From NCBI GenBank assembly GCA_044356305.1, contig JBIKWM010000002.1, positions 132,053 to 196,052 of the forward strand: DNA of 64,000 bases, in the 5' to 3' direction. The notes beneath the pieces are model-generated. The model had not been told where the DNA came from and searched no databases. It saw nothing but the letters and a program-made list of their open reading frames with translations. Below are positions 56,920-64,000 of the stretch, in pieces (position 1 is the stretch's first letter; every line of letters begins with the position of its first letter). This DNA comes from Flavobacteriales bacterium (GTDB taxonomy: Bacteria; Bacteroidota; Bacteroidia; UBA10329). The translations under genes were made by a program, and so were the position numbers.

Positions 56920-58554
56920 ATGACCAAAGTCGGCACACCCCTCAAACGCATTGATGACCTGAGCGGGTACGATGCCATCGTAATCGGTTCAGGGCTTGGC
57001 GGGCTTTGCAGCGGGGCCCTTCTCTCAAAACTTGGCAAGAAAGTACTGGTGCTCGAGAAGCACTACGTGCCCGGGGGATTCACCCATGTATTTAAGCGTA
57101 AGGACTACGAATGGGACGTGGGAATCCATTATATAGGCGAGGTGCACAAGGAGTTCACCTTTATCCGGCAGCTTTTTGATTACATCACCGAGGGGCGGTT
57201 GGAATGGCAGGAGATGGACCCTGTCTATGACAGGGTTATTCTCGGTGAGAACTCTTACGACTTTGAGGCCGGTGAGGAGAAGTTCGTGTCAATGCTCAAG
57301 GAGCGTTTCCCAAAAGAGCATGAAGCCATAGACCGCTATGTGCAACTGGTCAAGGAAAGCGGAAAACAGGGCAAGAACTTCTTTAAGGAGCGGGCATTCA
57401 ACCCGTTCATGTCGGCCCTATTCGGATGGTACATGCGGGGCAGCTACCACAAGTACAGCGACCGCACCACAAAGGAGGTGCTGGATGAACTGACCGATGA
57501 CCCCGAACTGAAGGCTGTTCTGGCCGGACAGTATGGCGACTACGGCCTGCCTCCGAGCGAGAGCAGCTTTGCCATGCAGGCGGTGGTGAACAAGCACTAT
57601 TGGCGTGGAGGGGCCTTCCCTGTTGGCGGCTGCGAGCGCATAGCGCAGAGCATAGCGCCCACCATAGAGGCCGCTGGCGGCCTGATCGCCCTGAGGGCCG
57701 GTGTGATGAGGATTATCACAGACGGTATGCGCGCCACCGGGGTTGAACTGGAGGACGGTCGGACAGTGATGGCGCCAATCATCATCAGCAATGCCGGTTA
57801 CCTCAACACGTTCGGGCATCTGTTGGACAATAAGGTCAGGCAAACCGCAGGCTACAGCCCGGTCACAGCACCCAGGCCATCGGTGGCACACGTGTGCCTC
57901 TACATCGGGCTGAAGCACGACCTGCGCAGTCTGGGCATCGGAAGCACCAATTATTGGGTCTACCCGCACAACGACCACGACCGGGGCGTGCGCGAGTACC
58001 TCAACGACCGCGACAGACCATTCCCCATCACCTACATCTCCTTCCCCAGCACCAAGGACCCCGAGTGGGCAAAGCGCTATCCGGGCAAGGGCACCATAGA
58101 GATGATCACACTTGCGCCCTACGAGTGGTTCTCGAAATGGGAAGATGCGCGTTGGCAGCACCGTGGCGAAGAGTACGAGGCTCTGAAGAAATACTACGCC
58201 CAGCGACTGCTCAAGGAGCTTTATCGCCAATTCCCTCAATTGGAGGGTAAGATTGATTACTACGAACTATCGACTCCGCTCAGCACCAAGGAATTTGTCA
58301 ATTACAGCAAAGGCGAGATCTACGGGCTCGATCATGGCCCGACCCGTTTCCGCAATAGGAATCTGCGCGCCCATACATCAGTGAAGGGGCTGTATCTGAC
58401 GGGGCAGGACATAGTGACCTGTGGCATCGGTGGCGCGCTGATGGGCGGCCTAATAACCGCAGCTGCCATCAGCCGCAAGATGACCATCATTGAGACCATA
58501 CGGGCTGAGGCCGAGAAGATACAGCACGCCAAGAGGGACAGATCCGCGAATTGA
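56920..58554 (+). CDS. FAD-dependent oxidoreductase, phytoene desaturase (CrtI) family
   Basis: Rossmann GxGxxG: YDAIVIGSGLGGLCSGALLSKLGKKVLVLEKH. ~540 aa CrtI-like. Confidence 0.65.
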   Translation: MTKVGTPLKRIDDLSGYDAIVIGSGLGGLCSGALLSKLGKKVLVLEKHYVPGGFTHVFKRKDYEWDVGIHYIGEVHKEFTFIRQLFDYITEGRLEWQEMDPVYDRVILGENSYDFEAGEEKFVSMLKERFPKEHEAIDRYVQLVKESGKQGKNFFKERAFNPFMSALFGWYMRGSYHKYSDRTTKEVLDELTDDPELKAVLAGQYGDYGLPPSESSFAMQAVVNKHYWRGGAFPVGGCERIAQSIAPTIEAAGGLIALRAGVMRIITDGMRATGVELEDGRTVMAPIIISNAGYLNTFGHLLDNKVRQTAGYSPVTAPRPSVAHVCLYIGLKHDLRSLGIGSTNYWVYPHNDHDRGVREYLNDRDRPFPITYISFPSTKDPEWAKRYPGKGTIEMITLAPYEWFSKWEDARWQHRGEEYEALKKYYAQRLLKELYRQFPQLEGKIDYYELSTPLSTKEFVNYSKGEIYGLDHGPTRFRNRNLRAHTSVKGLYLTGQDIVTCGIGGALMGGLITAAAISRKMTIIETIRAEAEKIQHAKRDRSAN

Positions 58555-58665
58555 TGTCTTGTCTTGGTCAGGCTTATTTTTACTTCGCAACTGATGAGGT
58601 CCTGACCTCGGTCATTTATTGCCGGTCGCAGGCCCCTTTACCTTTGGCCCTCATTCCATCCGAAC

Positions 58666-59823
58666 ATGCCCATCTATCACGCACTCGGTAACATTCCACA
58701 CAAGAGGCACACGGTCTTCAAGAAGGCCGATGGCAGCCATCACTACGAGCAACTTTTCGGCACCGTGGGGTTCGATGGCATGAGCAGCCTGCTGTACCAT
58801 CTGCAACGGCCAACACAGATCAGCGAGATCCTTGAACCTTACGATGTGGCGCCCAAAGTGGCCGTGGCGAACAACATGCATCCGCTGCGCCTGCACGGTT
58901 TCAAGGTGGCGCCCGAGGCGGATTTTCTCGACAGCCGCAAGGCGATTCTTGTCAACAGCGATGTGCGCATCGTGCTGGCCTCACCGCAGCAGAGCCTGCG
59001 CGATTACTTTTACAAGAATGCCGACTCTGACGAGATCCTGTTCGTTCATAAAGGCAGCGGCACCCTGCGCACGCTTGTGGGTAACCTTAAGTTCGCATAT
59101 GGCGACTATCTGCTCATCCCTCGGGGAATGATCTATCAGATTGATTTTGACACCAGTGATAACCGACTGTTCATAGTAGAGAGCCACCGCCCGGTGTACA
59201 CGCCCAAGCGTTACCGCAACTGGTTCGGGCAGCTGCTTGAGCATTCGCCTTTCTGCGAACGTGACATACGAAGGCCATCTGAACTGGAGACCCACGATGA
59301 GAAGGGCCGTTTTCTGGTTAAGGTAAAGAAGCAGGACATGATGCACCAGCTGGTGTATGCAACCCACCCTTTTGATGTTGTGGGCTGGGACGGCTACAAC
59401 TATCCCTACGCTTTCAGCATACACGACTTTGAGCCCATCACCGGCAGGGTGCACCAGCCACCGCCCGTACATCAGACCTTCGAGACCGATGCCTTTGTGC
59501 TCTGCTCGTTCGTGCCAAGGCTGTACGACTATCATCCTGATGCCATCCCTGCACCATACAACCACAGTAACATCGATTCTGACGAGGTGCTCTACTACGT
59601 GGATGGCGATTTCATGAGCCGCAACGACATAGGTCCCGGCCACATCTCGTTGCACCCTGCCGGCATACCCCACGGCCCGCACCCGGGCGCCATGGAGCGC
59701 AGCATCGGAAAGAAGGAGACCAATGAGTTGGCCGTGATGGTCGACACTTTCAAGCCCTTGCAGCTGACCGAGGCTGCCCTTCAGATCAATGATGGGAAGT
59801 ATTGGCGGTCTTGGATAGAATGA
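58666..59823 (+). CDS. hmgA: Homogentisate 1,2-dioxygenase
   Basis: 385 aa cupin-fold HGD (HSNIDSDEVLYYVDGDFMSR, HPAGIPHGPHPG). Confidence 0.8.
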   Translation: MPIYHALGNIPHKRHTVFKKADGSHHYEQLFGTVGFDGMSSLLYHLQRPTQISEILEPYDVAPKVAVANNMHPLRLHGFKVAPEADFLDSRKAILVNSDVRIVLASPQQSLRDYFYKNADSDEILFVHKGSGTLRTLVGNLKFAYGDYLLIPRGMIYQIDFDTSDNRLFIVESHRPVYTPKRYRNWFGQLLEHSPFCERDIRRPSELETHDEKGRFLVKVKKQDMMHQLVYATHPFDVVGWDGYNYPYAFSIHDFEPITGRVHQPPPVHQTFETDAFVLCSFVPRLYDYHPDAIPAPYNHSNIDSDEVLYYVDGDFMSRNDIGPGHISLHPAGIPHGPHPGAMERSIGKKETNELAVMVDTFKPLQLTEAALQINDGKYWRSWIE

Positions 59824-59874
59824 CCGATTCCTTCATTTCAATCTTGATTCAAAAACTTTCAATCCATCCTACAG

Positions 59875-61035
59875 ATGCAACAGACATTGAAAAGCGTTGA
59901 CTACGGCCTCGAGAAGATATTCGATGGCGCACAGGATTTCCTTCCGCTGCTGGGCACCGACTATGTAGAACTTTATGTGGGCAATGCCAAGCAGAGCGCC
60001 CATTTCTACAAGACAGCATTCGGTTTCCAGTCATTGGCCTATGCCGGCCTCGAGACCGGGGTGCGCGACCGCACCTCGTATGTCCTCAAACAGGACAAGA
60101 TCCGGCTCGTGCTGACCTCCCCGCTGACCAGCGATTCGCCCATAAATGACCATCTGCGCAAACATGGCGATGGGGTGAAGGTGATAGCACTTTGGGTGGA
60201 GGATGCCACCAAGGCATGGCAAGAGACCACTGCCCGCGGGGCCAAGAGCTATATGGAACCCACCACCGAGCGCGACAGCAACGGTGAGGTGGTGCGCTCT
60301 GGCATATACACATATGGTGAGACGGTGCACATGTTCGTGGAGCGTAAGCGTTACGATGGCCCGTTCCTTCCAGGCTACCAGGTGTGGAAGAGCGACTACA
60401 ACCCATCGCCCGTTGGCCTCAAGTTTATTGACCACATGGTGGGCAACGTGGGCTGGGGCGAGATGAACACCTGGGTGAAGTGGTATGAGGAGGTGATGGG
60501 ATTTGTCAACTTCCTCTCGTTCGATGATAAGCAGATTCATACCGAGTACTCAGCCCTGATGAGCAAGGTGATGAGCAACGGCAACGGCCGCATCAAATTC
60601 CCGATCAATGAGCCGGCCGTGGGCAAGAAAAAGAGTCAGATCGAGGAATATCTCGATTTTTACGAGGGCCCCGGCTGTCAGCACATCGCTGTGGCCACGG
60701 ACGACATCATCAGCACCGTGCGGCAGTTGCGCGAGCGTGGGGTGGAGTTCCTTTCGGCCCCGCCACAGGCCTATTACGATGAGATCCCGGCCCGGCTGGG
60801 CGCGCACATGTCCATTGTAAAGGAGGACCTGAAAGAAGTGGCCAAACTTGCCATCCTTGTCGATGCCGATGAGGAAGGTTATCTCCTACAGATCTTCACC
60901 AAACCCGTGCAGGACCGCCCCACGCTGTTCTTCGAGATCATTCAGCGCATGGGCGCACGTGGCTTCGGTGCAGGCAACTTCAAGGCGTTGTTCGAGAGCA
61001 TAGAGCGGGAGCAGGAGCTGAGAGGAACGTTGTAA
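59875..61035 (+). CDS. hpd: 4-hydroxyphenylpyruvate dioxygenase
   Basis: Two VOC domains. GPGCQHIAVATDDI...GVEFL and FFEIIQR...GFGAGNFKALFESIE C-terminus typical of HPPD. Confidence 0.85.
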   Translation: MQQTLKSVDYGLEKIFDGAQDFLPLLGTDYVELYVGNAKQSAHFYKTAFGFQSLAYAGLETGVRDRTSYVLKQDKIRLVLTSPLTSDSPINDHLRKHGDGVKVIALWVEDATKAWQETTARGAKSYMEPTTERDSNGEVVRSGIYTYGETVHMFVERKRYDGPFLPGYQVWKSDYNPSPVGLKFIDHMVGNVGWGEMNTWVKWYEEVMGFVNFLSFDDKQIHTEYSALMSKVMSNGNGRIKFPINEPAVGKKKSQIEEYLDFYEGPGCQHIAVATDDIISTVRQLRERGVEFLSAPPQAYYDEIPARLGAHMSIVKEDLKEVAKLAILVDADEEGYLLQIFTKPVQDRPTLFFEIIQRMGARGFGAGNFKALFESIEREQELRGTL

Positions 61036-61176
61036 TATTTGGCCCCGCTGGGTAGCAGATGTCTGGGCGGATGGGCCGCCCGGTAGTAGTCCGCTTGGCC
61101 CGTTTTGCAAATGGTCCATGCATCACTTTCACGCACAATGCGTTACCTTTCGCCCTTCAAACATCGATTACTGCAC

Positions 61177-62436
61177 ATGAGAAAGACACTTACCTCCGTA
61201 TTCATCCTGGCCTCTCTCTCCACGACTGCGCAGTCGCCCGTTTCCATCATCGGGCTCGACAGCACCAGCATCCAGACTGCCATCAGCAACCTCATTTTCG
61301 GTGGCTGCGTGCAGGTAAGCAACGTGACGTACACTGGCCACGCCCGTTCTTTTGGGGTGATGCTCGACCCGTCCGGTCAGTTTGGGATGGATACGGCTTT
61401 GGTTATCAGTACCGGAGTGGCAGATTCTATAGAAGGAGCAGCCACAGATTTCATCGGAAGCAACATGGGTACATCTGGCGATGCAGACCTTAGTTCAATA
61501 GCTTCCTTCTCAACCTATGATGCGGCCATTCTTGAGTTCGATTTTACCCCTGCATCTGACACCATATATGCCAGCACCTTCTTTTTCGGCTCTGAAGAAT
61601 ATCCTGAGTTCGTGAATAGTTCCTTTAACGATGTGTTCGCTTTTCACATCAGTGGACCGGGCATTTCGGGTGGTCCGCTGAACATCGCTTATTTGCCCGG
61701 AAGCACGACTCCAATTACCATTAACAACGTGAACGACCAGCTGAATAGCCAGTACTACATTGATAACCAGTCTGGTACTGTGCTGAGGTTGGATGGCCTT
61801 ACAGTGCCCGTGCAACTCGAATACCCCGTAGAACCTGGCCAGACCTATCACTTCAAAGTTGCCATAGCCGATGCCGGAGATGGCGTCTATGACTCAGGTG
61901 TATTCCTCCGCGCACAGAGTTTCTGTGGCAGTTTCTGGGTGCAGCAGGCAGAGTTTGTGCCGATGGACAATGGCGACCTGAGTTTCCAGTTCATGAACAA
62001 CGTGGCCAGTGGCAGCACTTCGTATGTGTGGGATTTCGGAGACGGCACCACCAGCACCGAGGCCAGCCCCACACACATGTATGCGCTGCCCGGCCAGTAC
62101 ACAGTGACCCTCACGGCCAGCAACGCCTGCCAGCAGGTGAGCCAGCAACAGGTGGTTAATGCAAGCCTTGTGGGGATGGATATTGCCTCGCAGCCCGGCA
62201 CCTTGCAGGTGCTGAACGGGGCCGATGGTCAGGTACGGGTCAACTACTCCGCTCCATCTGCGCACCGTCTTGGTCTGAGCGTTCTGGCCCTCGATGGTCG
62301 CGAGGTGATGAACATGCCCCTGGGCACTGCATCAGAGGTGAGCCGGTCCATTGATCTGAGCGGCCTGCCCACAGGTGTTTACCTCATCAGCCTGATGGCC
62401 GATGACCACCGCCACATGGCGCGGGTGGTGCGCTGA
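61177..62436 (+). CDS. T9SS type-A cargo with choice-of-anchor-L-like N-terminal domain and PKD domain
   Basis: Start MRKTLTSVFILASLSTTAQS. FGSEEYPEFVNSSFNDVFAFHISGPGISG / AIADAGDGVYDSGVFL motifs. YVWDFGDGTTST PKD. CTD ...GVYLISLMADD. Confidence 0.65.
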   Translation: MRKTLTSVFILASLSTTAQSPVSIIGLDSTSIQTAISNLIFGGCVQVSNVTYTGHARSFGVMLDPSGQFGMDTALVISTGVADSIEGAATDFIGSNMGTSGDADLSSIASFSTYDAAILEFDFTPASDTIYASTFFFGSEEYPEFVNSSFNDVFAFHISGPGISGGPLNIAYLPGSTTPITINNVNDQLNSQYYIDNQSGTVLRLDGLTVPVQLEYPVEPGQTYHFKVAIADAGDGVYDSGVFLRAQSFCGSFWVQQAEFVPMDNGDLSFQFMNNVASGSTSYVWDFGDGTTSTEASPTHMYALPGQYTVTLTASNACQQVSQQQVVNASLVGMDIASQPGTLQVLNGADGQVRVNYSAPSAHRLGLSVLALDGREVMNMPLGTASEVSRSIDLSGLPTGVYLISLMADDHRHMARVVR

Positions 62437-62515
62437 GCCTTTTGTCGACAAACGACATGCGCGACTGGTTAAACGCTGGACGGAGAAGTATGTCCATGAC
62501 CGAAACAGCATCGCC

Positions 62516-64000
62516 ATGTACCTTAGAATCGCCATCCTGCTCATCAGCATCAGTCCTGCTACTTTGGCAACGAACTATTATGTCGCAGCCAACGGCAATG
62601 ATCTGGTGCCGACCCCATCCATATCTACACCTTGGCAGTCACTCGCCCCATTGGCAGGAGTCACATTCATGCCTGGCGACACAGTCTTTCTGCGAAGTGG
62701 CGATACTTTCAGAGGGACATTGACCATCAATCAGGGGGGCAGCTCCTTGGCCCCATTGGTGATCACCGCATACGGATCGGGTGCCAGACCAGTCATCAGC
62801 GGTGCGGTGGAGGTGACTGGCTGGAGCAGTACAGGGGCGGTTCGTACCGCCACGTTAGGGCTTGAGGCGCACGGACTCTTTGCCAATGGCAACGAACAAC
62901 CGCTGGCCCGGTACCCAGATGATGGACAGTACCTATGGCTAGACAGTGCCCAGACCGGATACCTACACGATAATGACGTTGCAGCCCTTGACCCTTCGTA
63001 TCTTAATGGTTCGCGCCTCTGCATCCATACCGCACAATGGTGCTGGGAGATGACCGGTGTGACAACAGTTCAGGGCGATAAGGTCAATTATTCATTGGCC
63101 ACCCAGATACCGGCCATTGCAGGCTACGCCTATTTTCTGTTCGACAATGTCAATCTCATAAGTATTTCTGGCGAGTGGAAGTATGACCTCCCCGGTCAGA
63201 CCGTTCATTACATGCCCCCTGTCGGCATTGAACCTGCCGAGATGCTGATGGAGGCAAGTGTGTTCAACCACGGGATCGAATTCGCACAGAATGCCAGCCA
63301 CGTGAAAGTCATGGGTGTCGCATTTGAGAAGCAGGCCAACTCGGGTATCTACATTGGCACATCCGACAATCGAAACATAGAAGTACGCAACTGCAGTTTC
63401 GCCCATCAGAATCAGCACGGGGTCCAAGACCGTGGAAGGCACAATACCATTGCTGACTGCACCTTCAGACAGGTCAATGGAATTGCTGTGTACGTTACCG
63501 GTACAGGCGGTGCGACTGAGGTGCATCACAACACATTCAAGCGAATTGGCGAGTATCGTAATCGCGGAATCGGCACCCAGGTAAACCTCTCAGCCATCAA
63601 GGCTGCCTTTGTTGACAGTTGCCATATACATCACAATGACATCGATACCACAGGTTACTGTGGTATCTCGGCCGATGGTGGCCATCACACCATTGAGCGC
63701 AATATTGTCCGCCATGCCATGCGGCTCAACAACGATGGGGCGGCACTTAAGAGTTACGGGCCACTGACGCACCATACTGTGTTCAGGAACAACTTCGTGA
63801 GCGAATCAGACGGAAACACGGAGGGTACTGCAAATGGGAATTTCTTCACCCCGGGCATCTACTTCGATTTTCAGGTAAACAATTGTGAGATCAGCAACAA
63901 CACGGTCTTTGACATGGGCGGGGGCAGAGGGGTTTTCCTTAATAGCGGCACGAGCGACAATCTTGTGAGCGGCAACATTATTCACGGTGGCGATTACCTG
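62516..64000 (+). CDS. Right-handed parallel beta-helix repeat protein (partial, continues past window end)
   Basis: Start MYLRIAILLISISPATLATNYYVAANGND...PGDTVFLRSGDTF. Repeated N..H/I.N.F beta-helix rungs. Open reading frame runs to position 64000. Confidence 0.6.
   Translation, partial: MYLRIAILLISISPATLATNYYVAANGNDLVPTPSISTPWQSLAPLAGVTFMPGDTVFLRSGDTFRGTLTINQGGSSLAPLVITAYGSGARPVISGAVEVTGWSSTGAVRTATLGLEAHGLFANGNEQPLARYPDDGQYLWLDSAQTGYLHDNDVAALDPSYLNGSRLCIHTAQWCWEMTGVTTVQGDKVNYSLATQIPAIAGYAYFLFDNVNLISISGEWKYDLPGQTVHYMPPVGIEPAEMLMEASVFNHGIEFAQNASHVKVMGVAFEKQANSGIYIGTSDNRNIEVRNCSFAHQNQHGVQDRGRHNTIADCTFRQVNGIAVYVTGTGGATEVHHNTFKRIGEYRNRGIGTQVNLSAIKAAFVDSCHIHHNDIDTTGYCGISADGGHHTIERNIVRHAMRLNNDGAALKSYGPLTHHTVFRNNFVSESDGNTEGTANGNFFTPGIYFDFQVNNCEISNNTVFDMGGGRGVFLNSGTSDNLVSGNIIHGGDYL

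Noticed and set aside
61054-61072. Possible terminator after hpd (gggcgg-atggg-ccgccc)
   Set aside because: Stem is present but no adjacent T-tract. Too weak to call.

Overview
This 64-kb window reads as a high-GC (~60%) Bacteroidota chromosome, inferred from the T9SS C-terminal sorting domains, PKD domains and TAnnTTTG-type promoters; it was not compared to any database. Most of it is housekeeping: the yceD-rpmF-fabH-accB-accC operon, glmS, gltX, folB, dusB, mltG, hmgA-hpd, a ccmBCDE cluster and a tRNA-Cys. Two regions stand out. First, a ~17-kb block on the minus strand (6.6-22 kb) plus a convergent M43 protease is packed with type IX secretion cargo. It holds a 2747-aa adhesin-like protein built from near-identical PPC-like, PKD and Ig-like repeats, an 826-aa protein with four PPC modules, and a lectin-domain protein with a type-B sorting domain. 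Three paralogous small secreted coiled-coil proteins and an M23 peptidase are interleaved with them. Second, a structured non-coding region at 33.2-34.8 kb carries three ~265-bp hairpin-rich tandem units, mosaic sub-repeats and a run of 21-bp direct repeats. It is flanked on one side by a low-GC (~44%) T9SS cargo gene whose N-terminus is swallowed by the repeat. On the other side are two adjacent membrane sensor proteins ending in PP2C/SpoIIE phosphatase domains, then a tRNA-Cys. Other points of interest are a cysteine-type (CxxxY) CcmE with a Bacteroidota-type CcmD, a SprE/PorW-like TPR lipoprotein, and a DUF433/DUF5615 toxin-antitoxin-like pair upstream of a DPP-IV peptidase. All calls rest on reading motifs in the translated ORFs; no searches were run.
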